From positions 183,646,001-183,710,000 of the forward strand of contig NC_058368.1 of NCBI RefSeq assembly GCF_018350175.1: a DNA stretch of 64,000 nt, read 5' to 3'. Below are positions 52,692-64,000 of this stretch, piece after piece. The position numbers and the translations under genes are program-made. The DNA comes from Felis catus. Its lineage: Eukaryota. Position 1 is the stretch's first letter, and each line of letters opens with the position of its first letter. The notes beneath the pieces are model-generated. The model was not told where the DNA came from and ran no database searches. It worked only from the letters and a program-made list of their open reading frames with translations.

Positions 52692-55600
52692 TCAGGATCC
52701 ACATAAGAGTGAAAACATATGGTAACTGTCTTGCTCTGTATGACTTATTTCACTTAGCATGACACTCTCCAGTTCCATCCACGTTGCTACAAAAGGCCAT
52801 ATTTCATTCTTTCTCATTGCCAAGTAGTATTCCATTGAGCATATAAACCACAATTTTTTTATCCATTCATCAGTTGATGAACATTTAGGCTCTTTCCATG
52901 ATTTGATTATTGTTGAAAGTGCTGCTATAGACATTAGAGTACAAACGCCCCTATGCATCAGCACTCCTGTATCCCTTGGGTAAATTCCTAGCAGTGGTAT
53001 TGCTGGGTCAGGGGAGATGTATTTTTAATTTTTTGAGGAACCTCCACACTGTTTTCCAGAGTGGCTGCACCAGTTTGCATTCCCACCAACAGTGCAAGAG
53101 GGTTCCTGTTTCTCCACATCCTCACCACCATCGATAGTCTCCTGATTTGTTCATTGTAGCCACTCTGATTGGTAGAGGGTGATATCTGGGTGTGGTTTTG
53201 ATTTGTATTTCCCTGATGAGGAGCAACATTGAGCATTTTTTCATATGCCTGTTGGCCATGTGGATGTCTTCTTTAGAGAAGTGTCTATTCATGTCTTCTG
53301 CCCATTTCTTCACTGGATTATTTGTTTTTCGGGTGTGGAGTTTGGTGAGTTCTTTATACATTTTGGATACTAGCCCTTAGCCCAATATGTCATTTGCAAA
53401 TATCTTTGACCATTCCGTTGGTGGCCTTTTAGTTTTGTTGATTGTTTCCTTTGGAGTGAAGAAGCTTTTTATCTTCATGAGGTCCCAATAGCTCATTTTT
53501 GCTTTTAATTCCCTGCCTCTGGAGATGTGTCAAGTAAGAAATGGCTGCGGCTGAGGTCAGAGAGGTTTTTTCCTGCTTTTTCCTCTAGGGTTTTGATGGT
53601 TTCTTGCCCCACATTCAGGTCCTTTAACCATTTTGAGTTTATTTTTGTGAATGGTGTAAGAAAGTGGTCTAGTTTTATTCTTCTGCACGTTGCTGTCCAG
53701 TTCTCCCAGCACCATTTGTTAGAGTTTGTCTTTTTTCCATTGGATATTTTTTCCTGCTTTGTCAAAGATTAGTTTGCTATAATTTTGTGCGTCCAATTAT
53801 GGAGTCTCTATTCCATTCCATTGGTCTATGTGTCTGTTTTTGCGCCAATACCATATTATCTTGATGATTACAACTTTGTAGTAGAGGCTAAAGTCTGGGA
53901 TTGTGATGCCTCCCACTTTGGTCTTCTTCTTCATTATTACTTTGGCTATTCAAGGTCTTTTGTGGTTTCATACAAATTTTAGGATTGCTTGTTCTAGCTT
54001 CGAGAAAAATGCTGGTGCAATTTGATTAGGATTGCACTGAATGTGTAGATAGCTTTGGGTAGTATTGACATTTTAACAATATTTATTCTTCCAATCCATG
54101 AGCATGGAATATTTTTCCATTTCTTTATATCTTCTTCAATTTCCTTCATAAGCTTTCTATACTTTTCAGCATACAGATCTTTTACATCTTTAGTTAGGTT
54201 TATTCCTAGGTAATTTATGATTCTTGGTGCAACTGTGAATGGGATCAGTTTCTTTATTTGTCTTTCTGTTGCCTCATTACTAGTGTATAAGAATGCAACT
54301 GATTTCTGTACATTGATTTTGTATCCTGCGACTTTGCTGAATTCACGTATCAGTTCTAGCAGACTTTTGGTGGAGTCTTTCGGGTTTTCCATGTATAATA
54401 TCATGTCATCTGCAAAAAGGGAAAGCTTGACTTCATCCTTGCCAATTTTGATGCCTTTGATTTCCTTTTGTTGTCTGATTGCTGATGCTAGCACTTCCAA
54501 CACTATGTTAAAAACAGCAGTGAGAGTGGACGTCCCTGTCGTGTTCCTGATCTCAGGGGGAAAGCTCTCAGTTTTTCCCCCACTGAGGATTATATTAGCT
54601 GTGGGCTTTTCATAAATGGCTTTTATGATGTTTAAATATGTTGCTTATATACCAACTTTCTCGAGCATTTTTATTAAGAAAGAATGCTAAGTTCTGTCAA
54701 ATGCTTTTTCTGCATCGATTGACAGCATCATATGGTTCTTATCTTTTCTTTTATTAATGTGATATATCACCTTGAATGATTTACAAGTGTTGAACCAGCC
54801 CTGCAGCCCAGGAATGAATCCCACTTGATCACGGTGAAAAATTCTTTTTATATGCTGTTGAATTCGATTTGTTAGTATCTTATTGAGAATTTGTGCATCC
54901 ATATTGATCAGGGATGTTGGCCTGTCGTTCTCTTTTTTTACTGGGTCTCTGTCTGGTTTAGGAATCAAAGTAATGCTGGCTTCATAGAATGAGTCTGGAA
55001 GTTTTCCTTCCCTTTCCATTTTTTGGAATAGCTTGAGAGGGATAGGTATTATCTCTGCTTTAAATGTCTGGTAGAATTCCCCAGGGAAGCCATCTGGTCC
55101 TGGACTCTTATTTGTTGGGAGATTTTTGATAACTGATTTAATTTATTCACTCGTTATGGGTCTGTTCAAGTTTTCTATTTCTTCCTGTTAGAGTTTTGGA
55201 AGTATGTGGCTGCTTAGGAATTTGTCCATTTCTTCCAGGTTGTCCAGTTTGTTGGCATATAATTTTTCATAGTATTCCCAGATAATTGCTTGTATTTCTG
55301 AGGGATTGGCTGTAATCATTCCATTTTAATTCATGAATTTTATCTATTTGGGTCATCTCCCTTTTCTTTTTGAGAAGCCTGGCTAGAGGTTTATCAATTT
55401 TATTTATTTTTTCAAAAAACCAACTCTTGGTTTCATTGATCGGCTCTACTGTTTTTGTTTTTTGTTTTTTTTTGATTCTATATTATTTATTTATGCTTTG
55501 ATATTTATTATTTCTCTTTTTCTGTGGGGTTTTGGGTGTCTTTGCTGTTCTGCTTCGATTTCCTTTAGGTGTGCTGTTAGATTCTATATTTGGGATTTTT

Positions 55601-56522
55601 CTTGTTTCTTGAGATAGGCCTGGATTGCAATGTATTTTCCTCTCAGGACTGTCTTTGCTGCATCCCAAAGCATTTGGATTGTTGTATTTTCATTTTCATT
55701 TGTTTCCATGTATTTTTTAATTTCTTCTCTAATTGCCTGGTTGACCCGTTCATTCTTTAGTAGGGTGTTCTTTAACCTCCATGCCTTTGGAGGTTTTCCA
55801 GACTTTTTCCTGTGGTTGATTTCAAGTTTCATAGCATTGTGGTCTGAAAGTGTGCATGGTATGATATTAATTCGTGTATACTAATGAAGGGCTGTTTTGT
55901 GACCCAGTATGTGATCTATCTTGGAGAATGTTCCATGTGCACTTGAGAAGAACGTATATTCTGTTGCTTTGGGATGCAGAGTTCTAAATATATCTATCAA
56001 GTCCATCTGATCCAATGTATCATTCAGGGCCCTTGTTTCTTTATTGATCCTGTGTCTAGATGATCTATCCATTGTTATAGTAGGGTATTAAAGTTCCCTG
56101 CAATTACTATATTCTTATCAATAAGGTTGCATATATTTGTGATTAATTGTTTTATACATTTGGGGGTCCCATATTTGGCGCATAGATATTTATAATTGTT
56201 AACTCTTCCTATTGGATAGACCCTGTAATTATTATATAATGCCCTTCTTCATCTCTTATTACAACCTTTAGTTGAAAGTCTAGTTTGTCTGATATAAGTA
56301 TGGCTACTCCAGCTTTCTTTTGACTTCCAGTAACATGATAGATATTTCTCCATCTCCTCACTTTCAATATGAAGGTGGCCTCAGGTCTAAAATGAGTCTC
56401 TTGTAGACAGCAAACAGATGGGTCTTGTTTTTTATCCATTTTGATACCCTGTGTCTTTTGGTTGGAGCATTTAGTCCATTTACATTCAGTGTTATTATTG
56501 AAATATATGGGTTTAGAGTCAT
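52692..56522 (-). pseudogene. LINE-1 ORF2p (endonuclease/reverse transcriptase), disrupted
   Basis: Starts [75 protein letters not shown]; ends YHMFSLLCGS*; span 3831 bp is full length but broken into many ORFs. Confidence 0.93.
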
Positions 56523-56579
56523 TGTGATGTCTGTTGGTTTCAGGCTTGTAGTGATGTCTCTGGTACTTTGTGGTCTTTG

Positions 56580-57482
56580 CAACATTTCACTCACAGAATC
56601 CCCCTTAGGATCTCTTGTAGGGCTGGCTTAGTGGTGATGAATTCCTTCAGTTTTTGTTTGTTTGGGAAGACCTTTATCTCTCCTTCTATTCTGAATGACA
56701 GACTTCCTGGATAAAGGAATCTCGGCTGCGTATTTTTTCCGTTCATCACATTGAAGATTTCCTGCCGTTCCTTCCTGGCCTGTCAAGTTTCAGTAGATAG
56801 GTCTGCCAGTACTCTTATGGGTCTCCTTTTGTAAGTTAGAGCTTGTTTATCTCTACCTGCTTTCAGAATTTTCTCTTTATCCTTGTATTTGCCAGTTTCA
56901 CTATGATATGTCGTGCAGAATATCAATTCACGTTACGTCTGAAGGGAGTTCTCTGTGCCTCTTGGATTTCAATGCCGCTTTCCTTCCCCAGATCAGAGAA
57001 GTTCTCAGCTATGATTTGTTCAAGTACACCTTCAGCCCCTTTCTCTCTCTCTTCCTCTTCTTGAATTTGTATTATACGGATATTGTTCTGTTTGATTGCA
57101 TCACTTAGTTCTCTAATTCTCCCCTCATACTCCTGGATTTTTTTTAATCTCTTTTTTTCTCAGCTTCCTCTGTTTCCATAATTTTATCTTCTAATTTACC
57201 TATTCTCTCCTCTGCCTCTTCAATCTGTGCTATGGCTGCCTCATTTTATTTTGCACCTCATTTATAGCATTTTTAGCTCCTCATGACTATTTCTTAGTCC
57301 CCTGATCTCTGTAGCAATAGATTCTCTACTGTCCTCTATGCTTTTTTCAAGTCCAGCGATTAATTTTATGACTATTATTCCAAAATCTTGTTCCGTTTTA
57401 TTGCTTAAATCATTTTTGATCAATTCGTAGCTGTCGCTACTTCCCAGAGTTCCTTTTGAAGATAATCCTTCTGTTTTGTCAT
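56580..57482 (-). pseudogene. LINE-1 ORF1p, disrupted
   Basis: ATG at 57482; ..IIVIKLIAGLEKSIEDSRESIATEIRGLRNSHEELK coiled-coil segment; frameshifted; end approximate. Confidence 0.75.
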
Positions 57483-58427
57483 TTTGGGTAGTCCCTGCAG
57501 TGGCTCCAAACTGCAGGGCACTTCCTCTGTGCTGTTGGGAGTAACCTGTATTGGTGGGTGGGGCCGCAGTGAGACCTAATGTCTGTTCCCAGCCCACCGC
57601 TGGGGCTAGTCAGATGGTGTGTTTCTTATCTTCCCCTCTCCCAGGGGCAAGACTCACTGTGGAGTGGTGTGGCCCCTGTCTGGGCTACTTGCACACTGCC
57701 AGGCTTGTGGTGCTTCTTTGATGGGATCTGGTGTATTAGGCGGGGTGGATCTGCAAGGTGTACAGGAGCAGGAGGGAAGACTTTGCTTGCTTTCCTCTAG
57801 GTGGTCCCCTGAGGGAGGGGCCCTGCAGCACCGAGAGGGAGGCAGACCCACTGGAGGATTTGATCCACAGAAGCACAGTATTGGGTGTTTGCGCGGTGCA
57901 AGCAAGTTCAGTGAGGGGAACTGTTTCCCTTTGGGATTTTGGCTGGGGGATGTGAGAGGGAGATGGCGCTGGCCAGAGCCCTTGTTTCCCGCAGAGCAGA
58001 GCTCTGTCTTCAGGGCTCAACAACTCTCCCTCCCGGTGTCCTCTCGTCCTCCCTGATCCAAGGGCAGAACTGTTGACTTTTAACATTCCAGCTGTTAAGT
58101 CCCACTGGCTGTCAGAACTCATGCAATCCGGCCCCTCCACTTTTGCAAGCCAGACTTCAGGGGCTCTGCCTTGCCTGATGGGCTGCCCCTCCACCGCCCC
58201 GGCTCCCTCCCACCAGTGTTGTAGCGCTCACTGCCTCTCTGCCCTTCCTACCCTCTTCTGTGGGCCTCTTGTCTATGCTTGGCTCTGGAGAGTCTGTTCT
58301 CCTAGTCTTCTGGCGGTTTTCTGGGTTATTTAGGCAGATGTGGGTGGAATCTAAGTGATCAGCAAGACAAGGTGAACCCAGCAGCCTCCTACATTGCCAT
58401 CTTCCCCTTTGTGTCCTCCAAAGCTTC

Positions 58428-58649
58428 TTTTTTTAATGTTTATTTATTTTGAGAGAGAGAGTCAGAGACAGAGAAGCATGCACGTGAGCAGGGGAGAGGC
58501 AGAGAGAGAGGTAGAAGAGAGAATCCCAAGTAGACTTCTCATTGTCAGCACAGAACCTGACACAGGGCTTAATCCCACAAACTGTGAGATCATGACGTGA
58601 GCTGAAATAAAAAGTTGCATCTTAACTCACTGACCCACCCAGGTGTCCC
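58428..58649 (-). mobile_element. Can-SINE adjacent to L1 5' end
   Basis: Complete reverse-complement SINE. Confidence 0.94.
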
Positions 58650-58846
58650 TTAAAATATATATATGTATAAGGTTATTAATGTTTCCCAAGCAGAACTTTA
58701 ACTGCATACCACGAATTCTGATACTGTTTCATTATCATTCAGCTTAAAAATATTTTCTAATTTCCAACTTTGTGCTATTCTTTTTTCCATAGGTGTTTAG
58801 TAATGTGCATATATAATTCCAACTATGTGGGAATTTTTTCAATTTC

Positions 58847-58956
58847 ATTTTTTTAAAGTAGGCTTCACTCCCAGTATGGAGTCCCACACAGGGCTTGAAC
58901 TCACAGCCCTGAGATTGAGACTTGAGCAGAGATCAATAGTCAGAAGCTTAATCAAT
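58847..58956 (-). mobile_element. Short Can-SINE subtype fragment
   Basis: TTTTAAAGTAGGCTTCAC..GGGCTTGAACTCACAGCCCTGAGATTGAGAC. Confidence 0.8.
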
Positions 58957-59250
58957 TTTGTTTTTGATTTCTAGTATAATCGGACTGTGGTCAAAGAACA
59001 CACACCATATGATTTCAGTTCCTTGAAATCTTTTGGGACTTATATCTAGTTCATAATGTGGTCAGTGTTTGCAAATACCTTATGTGTGCTTAAAATGATA
59101 CATCCTGCAGTAGGTGGGTACAATATACTAACAAGTTCATCAGCTCAATCTTGGTGATTTAGTACTCAAATGTTTTATATACTTAAGTTTTGTCTCTTTT
59201 CTATTATTAAAAAAACATGCTAACATCTACTATTATCATGGGTTTTCTAC

Positions 59251-59469
59251 TTTTTTTATTAATTTTTTTTAATGTTTATTTTTGAGAGAGAGAGAAAGAG
59301 AATGCAAGTGAGAGAGGGGTGGAGAGAGAGGGAGGCACAAAATTTGAAGCAGGCTCCAGGCTCTGAGCTGTCAGCACAGATTCTGATACAGGGCTTGAAC
59401 TCACAAACAGTGATATCATGACCTGAGCTGAAGTCAGCCACTCAAACAACTGGGCCACCTAGGCACCCC
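59251..59469 (-). mobile_element. Can-SINE (feliform)
   Basis: GAAGCAGGCTCCAGGCTCTGAGCTGTCAGC; complete. Confidence 0.95.
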
Positions 59470-59904
59470 TGGTTTTTTCTATATCCTCCATCAGTTTCAT
59501 CAATTTTCACTTCATATGCTTTCAGGGGATGTTATAGCTGCATACGAATTTAGAACTGCTGGTGTCTTCCTCATGAATTATATTTTTATACGTTAGATAT
59601 ATAGATATAATCTTCTATCTCTATAATGATTATTGCCTTAAAGCCTACATTTCCTGATATTAATATAAACCAACAACAGCTTTCTTTGTTTAGTGTTTGC
59701 AATTATATGTCATTTCTAAATTATTTTCATACTTCTTGTATTCTTTGTTATAGATCAGTTTCCTATGAGCAAGTTAAAAGCAAAAAAATAGATTTTGTTA
59801 CTACTCTAGTTTAATTATCTTTGTTTTAAATTGAAACATTTATTCCATTTAAATTTAATATAATTACTGTTATTTTAGTTTATGTTTAAAGTTAGCATTT
59901 TGTT

Positions 59905-60298
59905 TTTCCAGCTTTGAGATACAATTTACATATAATCTTGTATAAGTTTAAGATGCACAATGTGATGATTTCACATTGTGTGTGATATTGCAAAATGATT
60001 ATCACTTTAACACCTCCTTCACATAATTACCATTTCTTTTTGTGCTGAGAACATTTATCATCTACTTTCTTAGCAACTTTTAAGCATATAATACAGTATT
60101 GTTAACTATAATCACCATGTTGTAGATTGTCAGATCTTACTCAACTTACAACCAGATGTTTGTACTCTTTAACCATCATCTCACATTTCCTCAATTCCAC
60201 ACCTCTAATAACCACTATTCCAATCTGTTTCTATGAGTTTGGCTTTTTTAGATTCCACACAGAAGTGGTATCATTTAGTATTTGTCTTTCTGTCTTAT
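59905..60298 (-). mobile_element. L1MA/L1MB-like 3' end fragment
   Basis: CAGCTTTGAGATACAATTTACATAT..TTAGCAACTTTTAAGCATATAATACAGTATTGTTAACTAT..TTTTAGATTCCACAC. Confidence 0.8.
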
Positions 60299-60344
60299 TT
60301 TATATACATTTTATATGCTTTCTATTTGTCCTACCCATTCTGTT

Positions 60345-60458
60345 GGAGGGGGAGGGGGAGGGGGAAGGGAGGAGGAGGAGAAGGGGGAGGAGGAAAAGAA
60401 AGGGAAAGGAAGGAGGAGGACCAGGAGGGACAGGAGGAGGAGGAGAAAGAGGAGGAAG
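60345..60458. repeat. G/A-rich polypurine low-complexity tract
   Basis: (GGAGGG)n/(GGA)n directly visible. Confidence 0.9.
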
Positions 60459-62180
60459 TAGTAATAGTACTAATAAAAGAGGAGGAAAATGTGTTACTCA
60501 ATATTACTCTCTCATAGTTTGGAACTTAAAGACTCTTATTCTTTTCTTTAGTGGTAATCAACATAATAAAAATTACTCTGTTCTCTTTCATGTTGTCTTG
60601 ACTCTTCCTGTTCCTTATCTGTCATGGTGTGCTGGATATTTGAAAAGTCATTTGTGGAGATATTTTAAAGTCAAGAATGATGCTACCTTTATTCAAAAAC
60701 AATTCTTTTGCTTGGTTTTGTTTGCCTGCTTGTTTTTCCCAACTATCAAAAATCCAGAAATCTCTTAATCCTTGTTAAGAGTGTGGGATTTTCCCAAGTA
60801 CTAAAATGTCATGAAACTATAAAGCAGTGCTTTCAAAGATCAGGCAGTTTTGAAAATACTTTTACTTTTAGGGTACAGCCCTTTGCAATTACAGTGGTAA
60901 TTGACTCTGATCTCTCACTTGGGTCCACCTAGCCCTTTGGGTTTTCCAAAAGCACAGCTCAGCTTCTCAGCTACTTGATAGAGACTGGCAAATGCCTCCA
61001 GGAAATTTACAAGGTCTTGGCTCAGTAATACATTCCTACATATACTAATACATACACATGCTTGTGTGTGACTGGCAGTTTTAACAAGATTTTTAAAAAC
61101 TTCTTCTGTCATTTTAGTGTCTTCAAAGAAAGGGTTGGTATCAACTAACTAATCCACCTTTCCTAGAAGACAAAGTTCTTGAGATTCAGCTGGTCTTATG
61201 GATAAGATACATAGTTTGAAAACATGGATAAGAATGTCTTTTCCTTTCTCTCTAATGTTTTTATAGCCTAACTTAGTAATAATTTGTATTATCAGAGTCT
61301 TGCAATTATTATACTGTATATATTGTGATTTCTCTTAATAAAATCAAAACCTTCAGTATATGTAACTAAACTTGTGTTATATATATACCCTCATTCTCTT
61401 AGTCACTGAGTTGGCAGAATTAGTAGTTGCATAAGTTGAGATCAGGTAACTTTCTGCACTAAGCAATAGTTCTTTAATACAGGTACTCACAGGTTCTTAG
61501 AGCAGTTATGTTATCTATTCAAAGAATCAATAGATAACCAAAACATATTTATGGAAAGCTATAACATTTAAGTATCTGCCACACATAGCAATTTTCTCTC
61601 CAGTGCCTTAATAGCAGAAAATATGATATAAACTATTTGTCTTTAATTAATTAAATGTAATTTGAAAGGAAACAAAATTTAACACACTATTTTCCAAGTG
61701 ATTCCTTAGGTGCAAGTACCACCTGTTTAAAGACTCATTCATATCAGAACACTTACAATTGTAATTTCTTATGTTTATAATATGTATCTCTTATACTCAA
61801 AGCATTTCTAAGTAATTTTAAAATTAAAATTTTAGACACTAAAAATAATTTGATTGTTTTATGATTAACGGTAAATATTTAACTTGGGCTCTAAACATCC
61901 TCTATGTTATTATTTTGAAAAAATTAAAACCACAAAGTTGTATGGAGAATAATTATTAAATATTGCCATTAGGCGGGACATGCTCTTCCTTCTCAGTTTA
62001 CACTATTATTTTGTTACTCAGCTTCCTTTATTATCTTCTCCTGAAGAGGCTTTAGAAGTTTTCTTGGTTTTTGTTTGCTTTTACATTTTATATGCAAAAA
62101 AGGAACTATAATTCAATTTTTATCTCCTATAGTCATTTGGCTAATCCTAATAATCTATGCTGCTATTTGCTACCTTAGAA

Positions 62181-62228
62181 TTTTTTAAGGTTTATTTATT
62201 TATTTTGAGATAGAGACAGTGGATGAGG

Positions 62229-62273
<45 letters not shown>

Positions 62274-62369
62274 TCTCAAGCAAGAGCTTGAACCCACAAA
62301 CCCTGAGATCATGACATAAGCCAAAATCAAGAGGTGGACGCTTAACCAAATGAGACAGCCAGGTGTCCT
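62181..62369 (-). mobile_element. Can-SINE (internally deleted, long GA tract)
   Basis: TSD ctaccttagaatttt / ctaccttggaatttt. Confidence 0.92.
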
Positions 62370-62454
62370 CTACCTTGGAATTTTGATATCAATCTTCTAT
62401 AGTCCTCTAGCTTAGGGTTAGTAAGTTCAGTGTGATTCTTATCCCTGAGACTGT

Positions 62455-62660
62455 GAATGTGACTGATTATTTCCTTCTGGAAGTTCTGTGACCTTCTCTC
62501 CAACTCTGGTATCCTAAATTTTCATAATGATGTGCCTAGTGTGGATTATTTTTCACTTAATTTTTGAGACCTTGGTGGATATTTTCTATCTGAAAAGTCA
62601 CATCCTTCAGTTGTAGAAAATTTTATTGTACATCTCTTTCACATTTTTCTCCAAAATTTC
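62455..62660 (-). mobile_element. Old LINE-1 ORF1-region fragment
   Basis: AAATTTTCATAATGATGTGCCTAGTGTGGATT..CATCCTTCAGTTGTAGAAAATTTT. Confidence 0.5.
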
Positions 62661-63496
62661 CGTAGCCTGCCTGCCTTCCTACCTTCCTTCCTCTTTCCCT
62701 CCATATATAACTCTATGAAGACATTATCCTTTTTCCAGCTTTTATCCCTTTGGCTCTCCAGATTTGCCTTTGTTTCTTTTCATTTCCCTCAGACTCCTGA
62801 CTATTGTCAAGTATTTGATCTCCTAGATACACTTTCAGTAGTTTTTACATAAAGTAAAGCTGATTTCTTAGTCTTGCAACCAAGGCAAGAGATCTAAATG
62901 ACACACCAAACAGTTTTACAAGAAACAGATATAATAAGATTATGTATGTTTATATAAACATACTTAGAATATAATCATTACACTTGAACTGATTCTTGTT
63001 TTATCTTTCCATATTTTAGTGGCATAATAATATATGTATATATAAACAGTTATAATATATAATTAATATGTATACAATTCTGTCAATAAAAAATACAATG
63101 CAAGAACCATTCTAAATATGATTTAAACTTAAAAAATATGTTATATCATATTGATTTTGATGCTGATTGCAATAGGTACAAAAATAAAATGCTTTAGAAT
63201 TGAAAATTTTCAATCCTAGAGAAAAATGAATATAAATGTTTCATATCCATGAAAATAAAGTAACTGGGCTGGAAACTTTAGAAGATTTGTTTGGAAGGAA
63301 CTTTTATTTCTAAAATGCTTTCTAATGTACTTAATGATAAATAATTAGTGTTAAAGCAAATTATTTAACATGATTATATACTGGGTTATAATGGAAATTT
63401 ATTATGAGGGACACAGTATGCTTCTTTTACAAGTATGGATATAAGAAACAGTATATTTCAAATTCATTCCAGAGGCTATTTTAAACTTTTCATTTA

Positions 63497-63721
63497 TTTA
63501 TTTATTTATTTATTTATTTTAACATTTATTTATTTTTGAGACAGAGAGACAGAGCATGAATGGGGGAGGGGCAGAGAGAGAGGGAGACACAAAATCAGAA
63601 GCAGGCTCCAGGCTCTGAGCCGTCAGCCCAGAGCCCGACGCGGGGCTTGAACCCATGGACCGCGAGATCGTGACCTGAGCTGAAGTCAGACGCTTAACCG
63701 ACTGAGCCACCCAGGCGCCCC
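63497..63721 (-). mobile_element. Young feliform Can-SINE
   Basis: CpG-rich, near-consensus; perfect 15-bp TSD taaacttttcattta (63482-63496, 63722-63736). Confidence 0.97.
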
Positions 63722-64000
63722 TAAACTTTTCATTTAAAATATAACTTTTACATTCTATGTCATGGTAAAAGCACAATTATGTTTAATTTTACTGAAGATG
63801 CTTTATTGTTTAAAGATGCTGTTATACAATAATGTTCTATTATGCCATCAATAAAAACATTACATTATATTGGTATAAATGTCATCAATTATGCATTGTA
63901 AAATGCAAACATATGTACTCATTCTTACTAATTCAAGTTACTCTGTAAAACTGAAGTGAGAGAAGGTGTCTATTCTATTGAAAATATGAAAAAGTTAATA

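Larger units (their letters stand above)
52464..58419 (-). mobile_element. Full-length feline-type LINE-1 (~6 kb), inactivated
   Basis: Poly-A (poly-T on +) at ~52464, 3'UTR, ORF2, ORF1, GC-rich 5'UTR starting GGAGG..GGAAGATGGC; TSD aaagcttctttt at 52456 and 58420. Confidence 0.96.
58655..59900 (-). mobile_element. Old LINE-1 fragment (ORF2 5' part) with SINE insertions
   Basis: CTTTAACTGCATACCACGAATT, TTTTCTAATTTCC, CTGTGGTCAAAGAACA, TTTCCTGATATTAATATA. Confidence 0.65.

Noticed and set aside
57619..58056. 145-aa plus-strand ORF in the L1 5'UTR (possible ORF0 analogue)
   Set aside because: Non-ATG start; GC-rich UTR sequence yields overlapping ORFs in most frames; no resemblance to primate ORF0 that I can see
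60127..60768. Longest ORF in the track (213 aa, +)
   Set aside because: Built from an antisense L1 3' fragment plus a GA-rich simple repeat; non-ATG start; no recognisable domain
1..64000. CRISPR arrays, operons, prokaryotic defence or mobile systems
   Set aside because: Sequence is mammalian; recurring motifs are dispersed SINEs and microsatellites, not repeat-spacer arrays

Overview
AT-rich, repeat-dense, non-coding mammalian DNA, almost certainly from a feliform carnivore (cat-like). The species call rests on about 28 tRNA-derived carnivore SINEs (Can-SINE/SINEC), many with the feliform-type GACAGCTCAGAGCCTGGAGCCTGCTTC segment. I found no recognisable intact protein-coding gene: the long ORFs in the track fall in LINE-1, SINE or simple repeats, and the rest are short and unrecognisable. 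Main contents are (1) a decayed class-I ERV tail (integrase end, env SU remnant, LTR) at 1-1794, (2) a 5'-truncated carnivore L1 at 19.2-22.1 kb with a ~291-bp in-frame internal duplication, (3) a full-length but inactivated feline-type L1 at 52.5-58.4 kb nested in an older L1, and (4) solo LTRs, DNA transposons (MER20, MER58A, MER5A, Tigger2-like), MIR/L2 relics and microsatellites. Two repeat-free stretches with dense TGACA/E-box motif clusters look like enhancers, and a few micro-exon-like splice-signal pairs are reported as hypotheses only. Repeat subfamily names come from recall of consensus sequences, not from a database search. I found no convincing new biological system.
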